In this document: piece by piece, positions 23,390-31,708 of the stretch
Position numbering within the stretch: the stretch's first letter is position 1
Layout of the letters: every line of letters starts with the position of its first letter
NCBI RefSeq assembly: GCF_000619845.1
Contig: NZ_KK211037.1
Span: 292,979 to 324,978 of the forward strand
Source: Alkanindiges illinoisensis DSM 15370
Lineage (GTDB): Bacteria > Pseudomonadota > Gammaproteobacteria > Pseudomonadales > Moraxellaceae
Length of the DNA stretch: 32,000 bases
Reading direction: 5' to 3'
Program-made: the position numbers and the translations under genes
Notes under the pieces: model-generated
What the model saw: the letters and a program-made list of their open reading frames with translations, nothing else
Databases searched by the model: none
Told to the model about the DNA's origin: nothing

Positions 23390-25627
23390 TTAACCCACAA
23401 TTACCCCACCATCCTTACGGGTAACCACTACAGTAGCAGAGCGTGGGCGGCTGGTAGTATTGGCTGCATTGGTTTGTGTGGCTGGCCAGTGGCTGCCAAA
23501 GCTGGCCGGGTTACTATAATCCGGTTTGCTTTCCTCACCCGGATGCTGCACGTTCAGGAAAATGGCCTTGCAGTCCGGGGTCATGACAATCCCGGTAATT
23601 TCACATTCCTTGGGGCCAACCAGAAAACGCTTTAAGCTGTTTTCACTGGCATTTTTGCCTTTAATGGTGGTTTGCTCGCCAGATGCATTGCTCAGGGCTT
23701 GCGCCGTGGCGACGCCACCATCGCCCACCTGACCCGGCAATGCAGCCAGCATCATGCAGTTGGTCACATCGGTATACTGGCCATCATCGGTTTGAATCCA
23801 CAACACGCCACGGTTATCAAACCACATGCCATCAGGACTCGAGAAGTCATTGGCATCAGTCAGGCCAGACAGGTTAACGTTGCTGGCTGCATCCGCCTGC
23901 GCGCCAAACAGGTAAATATCCCAGCTAAAGGTAGTTCCATCATGGCGATTGTTGGCTTCTTTAAAGCGGATAATATGACCGTTATTGTTGCCAGTTGAAG
24001 TTTTACCATCTTTTGTATCGTTATACTGACGCGGGTTCATGGCATCAACTGGATACTTGCTACCACGGTCACTGTTATTGGTCAGCGTGACATACACTTC
24101 GCCATTTTTCGGGTTCACGGCACACCATTCCGGGCGATCCATTTTGGTAGCCCCTAGCACATCGCCGGCTAAACGGGCATGCGTTAGTACATCTGCCTGA
24201 CTGGCAAATGCATATACTGTATTACTGCTGGTCAGGCCATTTTTGCCATAACTTAGCTCAATCCATTGACCTTTACCATCGTCGCTAAACTTGGCAACAT
24301 ACAGCGTGCCTTCGTTCAGGTATTTGTCACCAGCGCTATAGCCGGCATTAATATCTACATTGCTCCACACGGCTTTGGATACAAACTTGTAAATGTATTC
24401 GCCGCGTGAGTCATCACCCATATAAAAGGTTAAGGGCTGGCCTTCAATGGCCGGGCCAACCTGACAGTCTTCATGGGCAAAACGACCCAGTGCGGTACGT
24501 TTGCGCGGTGCAGCGGTAGAAAACGGATCAATTTCCACAATCCAGCCAAACGTATTTGGGCCATTGCGGTAATCCTGCTCAGCACTGTCAGCCGTTACAG
24601 ACGCATTCCAGCGGTCAAATAAATCCTGCTGGCTGCTGCCAGTGACCGTTTCCCACTGATACCGTGAACCGGAACCTTGTTTTAAGCCGTAGCGATTGAG
24701 TGCCACAATTTCTTTAGCCGTGCGCTTGAGATCATCTGCTGCATTACGGGCAAAATAGCCAATGTAATTTTCTTCACAGGTTAAATAAGTGCCCCAAGGG
24801 GTATAACCATTACCACAGTTGTTATGGGTGCCGCGGGTTTTGCTGCCATTGCTGGAAAACCGGGTTTTAACCAGATCTGTGCCTTTTACCGGGCCGCCAA
24901 ATTCCATTTCAGTGGTGGCAGTAATACGGCGGTTAAATACCGAATCCTTAACAATACTCACCTGGCTGGTTTTTTCGTCTTTCTTGACTTCAACCACAGA
25001 CACACCATGCGCGTTGAATTCCTTGATGACTTCATCTTCAACCGTGCGTTTGCCGGCAACCACAGTAGCACCCGTGGCATGCAGATAGTTTGGGTTGATG
25101 TATTCATGGTTAAGCACCAGCAGGCCGCGTGCAGACTGGTCGGCTTGCCATTTGTTATTGCTGCCAACGCCAAAGAAATGCATGCCATCATGGCAGTCAC
25201 CGGAGCGCATGGTGTAAGACGCGCCACTTTCGCGGCTGCTGTCCTGCCAGGCGGCAATGCTGGAATGTAACGGATCACCCAGTGCATACAAAACGGTGGC
25301 TTCATAGCCTTCTGGCACGGTAATCAGGTCATTCTTGTTTTTATCAACTGCTTTAAAGCTTAATGTTTCCGGGCGTTGTGGTGTTTCTGGTTTCGGCGTC
25401 GTGCTTGGTGGCGTCGTAGCGCTATTATTATCGTTGTCATCGCTGCCACAGCCCACCAGTGAAGCCGCCATAAACACCGCAGCAGCGCCACTGGTAGTTT
25501 TTAAAACCTGACGGCGGCTCAGCTGATTATTCATTAAACGGCTGTTTAAAATACTTTCAAAATGAGGATTGTCCGATGTATTGCAATCAATTTCGCGTTC
25601 TTCGGTATAGGGGCTTAGCTGAGTCAT
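23390..25627 (-). CDS. phoX: PhoX-family (DUF839) alkaline phosphatase with Tat signal and lipobox
   Basis: The long conserved N-region (NPHFESILNSRL) is followed by the twin-arginine motif SRRQVLK, an h-region, and LVG|C. The body contains HNNCGNGYTPWGTYLTCEEN and other PhoX/DUF839-type segments. The start is placed at ATG 25627 (AGGA 7 nt upstream); the ORF-track start at 25654 is a TTG. Confidence 0.88.
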   Translation of the reverse strand: MTQLSPYTEEREIDCNTSDNPHFESILNSRLMNNQLSRRQVLKTTSGAAAVFMAASLVGCGSDDNDNNSATTPPSTTPKPETPQRPETLSFKAVDKNKNDLITVPEGYEATVLYALGDPLHSSIAAWQDSSRESGASYTMRSGDCHDGMHFFGVGSNNKWQADQSARGLLVLNHEYINPNYLHATGATVVAGKRTVEDEVIKEFNAHGVSVVEVKKDEKTSQVSIVKDSVFNRRITATTEMEFGGPVKGTDLVKTRFSSNGSKTRGTHNNCGNGYTPWGTYLTCEENYIGYFARNAADDLKRTAKEIVALNRYGLKQGSGSRYQWETVTGSSQQDLFDRWNASVTADSAEQDYRNGPNTFGWIVEIDPFSTAAPRKRTALGRFAHEDCQVGPAIEGQPLTFYMGDDSRGEYIYKFVSKAVWSNVDINAGYSAGDKYLNEGTLYVAKFSDDGKGQWIELSYGKNGLTSSNTVYAFASQADVLTHARLAGDVLGATKMDRPEWCAVNPKNGEVYVTLTNNSDRGSKYPVDAMNPRQYNDTKDGKTSTGNNNGHIIRFKEANNRHDGTTFSWDIYLFGAQADAASNVNLSGLTDANDFSSPDGMWFDNRGVLWIQTDDGQYTDVTNCMMLAALPGQVGDGGVATAQALSNASGEQTTIKGKNASENSLKRFLVGPKECEITGIVMTPDCKAIFLNVQHPGEESKPDYSNPASFGSHWPATQTNAANTTSRPRSATVVVTRKDGGVIVG

Positions 25628-25652
25628 TGTCAGTCCTGGCAAATCACAAGTC

Positions 25653-25682
25653 AAAAAAAAGGAACGCCTGCATATTGCAGGC
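25653..25682 (-). terminator. Hairpin + T8, probable tatABC terminator overlapping the phoX -10 region
   Basis: The - strand reads GCCTGCA-ATA-TGCAGGC (25682-25666), then GTTCC, then TTTTTTTT (25660-25653). The 5-nt gap between stem and U-tract makes it non-canonical. Confidence 0.5.
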
Positions 25683-25687
25683 TGTTG

Positions 25688-25727
25688 ATGACAGAAACTT
25701 GACAGGCAGTTGACCAGTTGATGACAG
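25688..25727 (-). promoter_or_regulatory. Two tandem Pho boxes (four 7-bp PhoB half sites, 11-bp phasing) upstream of phoX
   Basis: The - strand reads CTGTCAT caac TGGTCAA ctgc CTGTCAA gttt CTGTCAT, with half sites starting at 25727, 25716, 25705 and 25694. The E. coli consensus is CTGTCAT-A(A/T)A(A/T)-CTGTCA(C/T). Ten nt after the last half site lies CAATAT, a plausible -10 (25677-25672). Confidence 0.7.
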
Positions 25728-25805
25728 TTTAACTAAGTACCGCGAATGTCTAAAAACAATCACTTAAGCAAGGTTCATAAAGCACAAGGCCTGAACTGGC
25801 AAACT

Positions 25806-26588
25806 CTAGACAGGAGTGCGCTGCTTTTCCAGAAAACGGCCAAAGAACAGACCAGTTTCAAACAAAATCCACATGGGAATTGCCAGCATTGCCATACTTA
25901 AGGCATCGGGCGGTGTAATAAACATCGACACAAAAAAACAGCCCACAATAATATAGCGGCGCTTGGCCACCAGGGTTTCTACCGACACAATTCCCGCCAG
26001 AATCAACAGCAATGTGGCTACCGGCACTTCAAAGGTGAGGCCAAATACCAAAAACAGCTTGAGGCAAAAGCCTAGATAACTATTGATGTCAGTCATGGGT
26101 GCTACGGTTTCAGGTGCCGCATGAATAAAAAAGGTCAGCACCGCAGGCAGGGTAATAAAGTACGCAAAAGCAATTCCTACATAAAACAGCACAATACTGG
26201 ACAATAGCAGCGGAATGGCAATGCGTTTTTCCCGGCTATATAGCCCCGGTGCCACAAATTGCCAGATTTGGTGCAGGATATACGGCATGGCAATCATGAG
26301 CGCAATAAAGAAATTCAGCTTGAATGGCGCCATGAAAGTTGCCGTCACATCGGTGGCGATCATGGTGGCATTGGCAGGAAGCTGGGCACGCAAAGGCCGC
26401 GACAGGCCTTCATACAACTGATTGGCAAACGGCAGCATGACAAAAAATAGTACCAGAACAATACCCAGAATTCGCATGAGCCGGGTACGCAGTTCCATTA
26501 AATGCGAGGTTAATGGCATTTGCGCCAACTGTTCCTGTTCGGCTTGTTGTGATCCCACTGGCTCTGGGGGCGTGCTGAGTAAATTCAT
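25806..26588 (-). CDS. tatC: Twin-arginine translocase subunit TatC
   Basis: MPLTSHLMELRTRLMRILGIVLVLFFV... with six TM segments and the typical TatC N-terminal HL.ELR.RL motif. ATGA overlap with tatB. Confidence 0.95.
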   Translation of the reverse strand: MNLLSTPPEPVGSQQAEQEQLAQMPLTSHLMELRTRLMRILGIVLVLFFVMLPFANQLYEGLSRPLRAQLPANATMIATDVTATFMAPFKLNFFIALMIAMPYILHQIWQFVAPGLYSREKRIAIPLLLSSIVLFYVGIAFAYFITLPAVLTFFIHAAPETVAPMTDINSYLGFCLKLFLVFGLTFEVPVATLLLILAGIVSVETLVAKRRYIIVGCFFVSMFITPPDALSMAMLAIPMWILFETGLFFGRFLEKQRTPV

Positions 26589-27124
26589 AAGGCCGCCTCG
26601 GTATTATTTAATGCAGAACTGGGTAAATGATGAGACTCAGGCGCACCCGACTGGGTGTCAGCATGTTGAGGCACTTCTTGTGAATGAGTATTGGATTGGG
26701 AGTTGGCCGATAACTGATGCAGTTGCAGCAAAGTCAGCCTGAGTAAATGCCCAGTGGTATAAGGCACGCCCATTACTGTGGTGAGGGACAGCGTAATGGG
26801 CAAATAAACACTGGCTACTGCTGGCACAGAAGACGAGTGAGAAGTCTGGTTAAGCTCAGCCAGTTCATCTGACATCTGATCAAGCTGGGCCTGCATTTGT
26901 GCTTCAATACTTTTAATGCGGGCCAGTTCCTGCTGCATGTGTTCACGCAGCTCTGCCAGTTGCAGCTCTTTTTCAATATCCTGTTGCAGGTTGCTCACCA
27001 GATGGCGCAAGCGCGCATACCAGCGGCCGGCAGTACGTACAGCTGTGGGCAGTTTTTCCGGCCCTAAAATAACCAGCGCAATAATGCCAAACAGCAATAA
27101 TTCGCTAAAACCAATATTTAGCAT
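26585..27124 (-). CDS. tatB: Twin-arginine translocase subunit TatB
   Basis: MLNIGFSELLLFGIIALVILGPEKLPTAVRTAGRWYARLR is the canonical TatB N-terminus. Confidence 0.9.
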   Translation of the reverse strand: MLNIGFSELLLFGIIALVILGPEKLPTAVRTAGRWYARLRHLVSNLQQDIEKELQLAELREHMQQELARIKSIEAQMQAQLDQMSDELAELNQTSHSSSVPAVASVYLPITLSLTTVMGVPYTTGHLLRLTLLQLHQLSANSQSNTHSQEVPQHADTQSGAPESHHLPSSALNNTEAAL

Positions 27125-27184
27125 ACATTAGATTCAGTATAAGTCAGGTTGGTTGTATCCCGAGCATAAATGGCAGGGACTAAA

Positions 27185-27415
27185 CTAGCTTTTGTCCTGG
27201 GAAACAACGTGCTCAGAAGCTTTGCCATTTACAACGCGTTCATCATGTAGGCGGGCCGCTTCTGCTTTTCTGGCATCTTCATCCTTCACAGAATCCTTAA
27301 AGTCTTTTACTGCACCGCCTAAATCCTTACCCAGATTTTTAAGTTTGGACGTGCCAAACAGCAAAATTACGACGATGGCAAACAGCACAATATGCCAGAT
27401 TGATAAACCAGCCAT
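27185..27415 (-). CDS. tatA: Twin-arginine translocase subunit TatA
   Basis: [40 protein letters not shown] is canonical TatA. AAGGAG lies 6 nt upstream of the ATG. Confidence 0.93.
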   Translation of the reverse strand: MAGLSIWHIVLFAIVVILLFGTSKLKNLGKDLGGAVKDFKDSVKDEDARKAEAARLHDERVVNGKASEHVVSQDKS

Positions 27416-27700
27416 GGCCAGCTCCTTGATATGTTATCGTTCATTGACTTATGACAAAATTAGCACGATTTAATGACAAGAATGTGAATATTTATTAAGG
27501 ATACACCCGCTTAAAACGCCCCTGTAGCGTTCTTTTATCTAAATTTTTCTGAGTGATCCATGTTACAGGGATAATGCATGTTTATAATCAATAGTCAGAA
27601 AATACGGCTAAAAAAGTAAGGCTAAAACAGGGTAAATTGAGTAGCCCTACAGTCTGCTAGAACAGCACTGCTTTAAAAAACAGGTCATGGCATATATTGA

Positions 27701-28498
27701 CTACGAAGAACTACGCGCTGCTTTTTCATCAAGGCCAGACAGTCCCATACGACGTGCCAGCTCATCCAGAACACGTTTTGGTGCCAGATCAAAATAGCCC
27801 AGCATCACAATGCTGTGAAACCACAAGTCAGCGGTTTCATAAATCAGCTCATCCTGATATTCCTGTGCATTCAGGTGAATGGCACAGTCCTTGGCGGCCA
27901 GAATGGTTTCTATACTTTCTTCGCCGACTTTTTCCAGAATCTTGTTTAACCCTTTCCCATACAGGCTTGCCACATACGATTTATCCTCGCTAGCTTGCTT
28001 GCGTTGCTGCATCACCCCTGCCAGATGCGCCAGCACATCCACACTTTCGCGCTGGATAAGTTGCTGTTCGGTGGCCATAGCATGGCTGTGTGATGAATCA
28101 TGCTGCGATTTACTGCCACCATAAATGGCTTGTGGGTCTTTTTGCACGGCATCCACCACCTGCCAGCCTTGCGGGGTGAGTACCCGGTAAAAACAGGATT
28201 CACGGCCGGTATGGCAGGCAATGCCACCATGCTGGGTGATCTGCAATATGATCACATCGCCATCACAATCCAGACGGATCTCATGCACTTCCTGATAATG
28301 TCCGGATTCTTCGCCCTTATGCCACAGCTTGTTGCGCGAACGGGAAAAATAAACACCACGATTGGTATCATGGGTGAGTTGTAGTGCTTTCCGGTTCATC
28401 CAGGCGACCATGAGAACACGACCCGTCTGATGGTCTTGAGCAATTGCCGGAATTAAACCGTTTTGGTCAAATTTTACATCATCTAGCCAGTTATTCAT
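27701..28498 (-). CDS. hisIE: Bifunctional histidine biosynthesis protein HisIE (PRA-CH + PRA-PH)
   Basis: The N-terminal half is HisI-like ([21 protein letters not shown]...[17 protein letters not shown]...[11 protein letters not shown]...[11 protein letters not shown]). The C-terminal half is HisE-like ([24 protein letters not shown]...[17 protein letters not shown]). They are joined by a ~30-aa Ser/His/Gln-rich linker. Confidence 0.92.
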   Translation of the reverse strand: MNNWLDDVKFDQNGLIPAIAQDHQTGRVLMVAWMNRKALQLTHDTNRGVYFSRSRNKLWHKGEESGHYQEVHEIRLDCDGDVIILQITQHGGIACHTGRESCFYRVLTPQGWQVVDAVQKDPQAIYGGSKSQHDSSHSHAMATEQQLIQRESVDVLAHLAGVMQQRKQASEDKSYVASLYGKGLNKILEKVGEESIETILAAKDCAIHLNAQEYQDELIYETADLWFHSIVMLGYFDLAPKRVLDELARRMGLSGLDEKAARSSS

Positions 28499-28645
28499 GG
28501 AACACTCTTTATAAAATCAAACAGGTGGAGTAAGGATTATAGTGGAAATTGCACCGCTTGTACCTGCCCATGCAATAGGTTCTAAGCACACGTAAAATCG
28601 GTATAATTTATTCTAATGAATATACGAAAATATTATCCTAAAACG

Positions 28646-28681
28646 AAAAAACTGGCTGCTGAAAACAAATTCAGCAGCCAG
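28646..28681 (-). terminator. Strong rho-independent terminator after the OMP gene
   Basis: The - strand reads CTGGCTGCTGAA-tttgtt-TTCAGCAGCCAG followed by TTTTTT. It has a perfect 12-bp stem and starts 33 nt after the OMP stop codon. Confidence 0.85.
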
Positions 28682-28713
28682 CCTTAATATCAAATTATTG
28701 CAATAGTAAGCAA

Positions 28714-29829
28714 TTAAAAATTGGCAAAACGTACCCCAAAAGAAGCATAGCCATATTTACGGTCTAAGCGTGATGCAGTGACTGAGTTATACAGGAAGGG
28801 AATAGTGCCAACAAAGTTATTTTTAAATAGCTGACTGGCCACAAACAGACTGGTGTAATTGTTGAGCTTATAGGACAAGTCCAGCCCTAGTGTATGGTTG
28901 CTCTTAATGGCCGAATTACCATAAGTGCTTACCCGGTCATCAATATCCTGGCGCATCAGGTACTGAAACTGATAGCCCAGCAAGCTATTGAACTTTTTAT
29001 AGCTCCAGTTCCATGAGCCACCGATACTGAAAAAACCAGCGTCGTAGCTGAGGTCTTTGTCCATATCCAGCCCATAGTTGGAAGCTTGATCGGTAAAGCT
29101 GGCTTCTTCAAGGGTTGTACCATTATTGGTACAAGGTGCTATTAGTTGGCCATTGAGCTGGTTATTTGAGTTCACCTGAATATTAAAATTGCAGTTACCG
29201 CCAATATTAAGATTAGCATTCAAGCTATCAACGTCAACTTTGCTGTACCCAAGGCTGACAAACCCATTGAGCTTATTCTGGCGATCCAGACGACGGGCAA
29301 ACAGTAAATCCACTTGTGCCTGAATGTCATTTAGGTCATTGACTTTAAGTTTACTAAAACGCTGGTTATTAACAATTGTAGTAGATGTCTTGCTGAGTTC
29401 ATCAGCTTGGTTGCCCCATAAAGCCAAACGAATGGCAACTTCATCACCAGGTTTAAGTGTGAGTAAAGGCGTATATTGAACTGCAGCCAGCCAGCTATCA
29501 ATCTCATTACTGTCCTGCCCATACTCAATATTACGGTTCCAGTAAGCCACTTCTCCCACCCACTGTGGATTAAAGGCGTAGCTCAGCATGAGATGACCGC
29601 CATCATAATCACCTGCATTATCACCCACAGCGCCTTCACTTTCCCGGATATTAAAAATATCCACGGTGTCGTTTACAATATCAAAACTGGCTTCTACAGT
29701 TAGTGGCGATGCGACATTGGCAGGTAAGGGTTGTAAAAACACATCATTGGGCGCTGCATAGCTAAACCCTGAAATGCTGTAAGCGCAGCCTAACGCTAAA
29801 CTGGATAAGTAATGACGTTTGAGAAACAT
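28714..29829 (-). CDS. Outer-membrane beta-barrel protein, family not recognised (371 aa)
   Basis: Lies in ORF 28714..29895, which opens with TTG. I place the start at ATG 29829 (AAGGA 7 nt upstream). Signal peptide MFLKRHYLSSLALGCAYSISGFSYA|AP. Amphipathic alternating beta-strand pattern throughout. The C-terminus YGYASFGVRFANF has a terminal Phe, the OMP/BAM signature. Confidence 0.75.
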   Translation of the reverse strand: MFLKRHYLSSLALGCAYSISGFSYAAPNDVFLQPLPANVASPLTVEASFDIVNDTVDIFNIRESEGAVGDNAGDYDGGHLMLSYAFNPQWVGEVAYWNRNIEYGQDSNEIDSWLAAVQYTPLLTLKPGDEVAIRLALWGNQADELSKTSTTIVNNQRFSKLKVNDLNDIQAQVDLLFARRLDRQNKLNGFVSLGYSKVDVDSLNANLNIGGNCNFNIQVNSNNQLNGQLIAPCTNNGTTLEEASFTDQASNYGLDMDKDLSYDAGFFSIGGSWNWSYKKFNSLLGYQFQYLMRQDIDDRVSTYGNSAIKSNHTLGLDLSYKLNNYTSLFVASQLFKNNFVGTIPFLYNSVTASRLDRKYGYASFGVRFANF

Positions 29830-29894
29830 AAAAAATCCTTCATCAGTAAGAAGGTAAAGACAAAATTTTTGAGAAAATATGAACCCGTAAACCA

Positions 29895-29920
29895 ATAGAG
29901 TTACCCGAAGGTAACTCTAT
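29895..29920 (-). promoter_or_regulatory. Perfect 11-bp hairpin with cUUCGg tetraloop between the lipoprotein and OMP genes
   Basis: The - strand reads AUAGAGUUACC-UUCG-GGUAACUCUAU. It starts 34 nt after the lipoprotein stop and ends 65 nt before the OMP ATG. No U-tract follows it (UGGUUUACGGG). Confidence 0.6.
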
Positions 29921-29953
29921 AAGTTGTTAATACAAAGGAATTACCCTTAAGTA

Positions 29954-31708
29954 TTACTGCTGGATTTTCAGTACTGCACTAACGCCCTGACCTGCCAGTG
30001 TGTTGCTGGTGCTGGTGTTAATACCAATGCTGGTAGCGGCTTTGGCTGCATCACCAGTACCAGTACCTACGCGAACAGTAGTGCTGCTGGTTGCACCCAG
30101 AGCTACCTTGATGCTGACATTATTACCCGCTTTTGGACGGTAGCTTTCAACCTGACTGGTTGGAATGCCACTTGTACCTGCCAGTTTATTCAAGAAGGTA
30201 TCAATTGGTAGAGTAACTGCACCATTGGTTACAGTCAGGTTATCGGCCTGCAGATTATTTTTAGAATTACCGACCAGCGCTGGCGAACCAGTACCACGGA
30301 ACGCATAAGTGGCACCTACAGGAACAGACGCAGCAGTCAGCGTACCATTACTGTCAAAGCTCATGTTTACGCGATCAATGATCAGGTCAAGTGTATTGCC
30401 ACCGCTAATCGCATAGCTTAAGCCAACGCGAGCTTCTGAGAAGTTACCTTCAAATGGTGAGCCTACTTTGTTGAGTTTAACCTGTACGCTGTCCAATGGA
30501 CCAGTAGTACTAAGTTCATTTCCTGATACTACAGAACCTTCAATGGCAGCAATATTGTACGGTGTACCACCATTTAGGCCCAGACTAACTAGTTGCAGAT
30601 AGTTCTTGTACAGGTCAACCTGCTGTAGGTCATCAGCAATACTGTCAGGAATTTTGCTACCTGCTGGCAGTGATTCATTAACATCAGCTAAAGCATCTTT
30701 AATCTGGTTCAGATTACCAGCCGCAACAGCTGCGCCCAAAGCCTGCAGGTCAGCAGCACTTACAGTAGTGGACATAAGTGCAGCAGATAAAGCATTAATC
30801 AGATTGGCAGTAGCAGGAGATGTAGCGGTGGCTTTTACAGTTTCCAGCTTTTCACCCAGCGCATTTAAGGTCGCTTGAGGATTTGCACCAATCGTAATGT
30901 TGCTTAATGCAGTATTAACAGCAGCTACTTTTTCCTGAATTACGGCAGCGGTAAGCGCGGCGGTATTGGCAGCAATTTTCTCAATATTTGCCTGCATGCT
31001 TGCTGGTAAATCATTTTTAGCTTCTAGTACAGCACCTTGAACTGCAGCCTGAATGAAATCAATATTGGTCAGGTCCACTGTACCAGTTTGTGCTTCAAGA
31101 CGGGCAGCCAGCGCAGCAGAAGCTGCACGTGCTGCTTGCTCTGGGGTTAGGCTACCACCACCGCTAGTACTGAGCTGGATTAGGGCTTTTTGAATCTGAT
31201 CAACAAACTGTTGTACCACAACTGTTTGTTTTAATGCAGCAGCATCAGTCATTGGATCAAGTGTTAACAGGTTTTTCCCACTTAGGCCTAGTTTGGCTGC
31301 AACCGCTGCACTATCACCTGCACCACCAGCATAGGTGATTAAAGTTGTGAGAGGAGAAGCAATATTCAAATTGCCTGCGGTTGTTTTTGGCGCTTTTAGC
31401 GTACCGGAAAATGGCAAATCAGTACCAATATCTATACCACCAGTAACCGTCAGGGCTGTATCGCGGCAGTCATTTGGATAGTTAAAGCCACCGGTAGCAT
31501 CAGTAGTAGTGGTTTGATCATTACAATCTTCAAAAGTAACTGTAGCGCCAGCCAGATAAAAGTCAATGGCTTTACCTTTGGCTTGAGCTGCGGGAGGATT
31601 AGGATTTGATGGCGGTAAATCATCATGGTCACTACCACAGCCAGCAACGAGTGAAGCGGCAATTGCGATAGTTAATGAGGTAAAGGTAGTCTTGAGCTTC
31701 ATATTCAT
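29954..31708 (-). CDS. Large Ala-rich lipoprotein of unknown function (584 aa)
   Basis: Signal peptide plus lipobox MNMKLKTTFTSLTIAIAASLVAG|CGSD, then a Pro-rich tether (PPSNPNPPAAQ). An N-terminal beta module has two Cys (AIDFYLAGATVTFEDCNDQTTTTDATGGFNYPNDC...GGIDIGTDLPFSGTLKAP). This is followed by ~250 aa of Ala/Leu/Gln-rich predicted helix and a ~200-aa Gly/Ser/Thr/Val-rich beta-type C-terminal domain. Confidence 0.8.
   Translation of the reverse strand: MNMKLKTTFTSLTIAIAASLVAGCGSDHDDLPPSNPNPPAAQAKGKAIDFYLAGATVTFEDCNDQTTTTDATGGFNYPNDCRDTALTVTGGIDIGTDLPFSGTLKAPKTTAGNLNIASPLTTLITYAGGAGDSAAVAAKLGLSGKNLLTLDPMTDAAALKQTVVVQQFVDQIQKALIQLSTSGGGSLTPEQAARAASAALAARLEAQTGTVDLTNIDFIQAAVQGAVLEAKNDLPASMQANIEKIAANTAALTAAVIQEKVAAVNTALSNITIGANPQATLNALGEKLETVKATATSPATANLINALSAALMSTTVSAADLQALGAAVAAGNLNQIKDALADVNESLPAGSKIPDSIADDLQQVDLYKNYLQLVSLGLNGGTPYNIAAIEGSVVSGNELSTTGPLDSVQVKLNKVGSPFEGNFSEARVGLSYAISGGNTLDLIIDRVNMSFDSNGTLTAASVPVGATYAFRGTGSPALVGNSKNNLQADNLTVTNGAVTLPIDTFLNKLAGTSGIPTSQVESYRPKAGNNVSIKVALGATSSTTVRVGTGTGDAAKAATSIGINTSTSNTLAGQGVSAVLKIQQ

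Noticed and set aside
25628-25654. The TTG-initiated 9-codon extension of phoX.
   Set aside because: There is no RBS. ATG 25627 has AGGA at the proper distance, and the extension would begin inside the T8/terminator region.
29830-29895. The TTG-initiated extension of the OMP ORF (MVYGFIFSQKFCLYLLTDEGFF...).
   Set aside because: It would place the signal peptide internally and would run through the intercistronic hairpin. ATG 29829 has an AAGGA RBS and gives a normal signal peptide.
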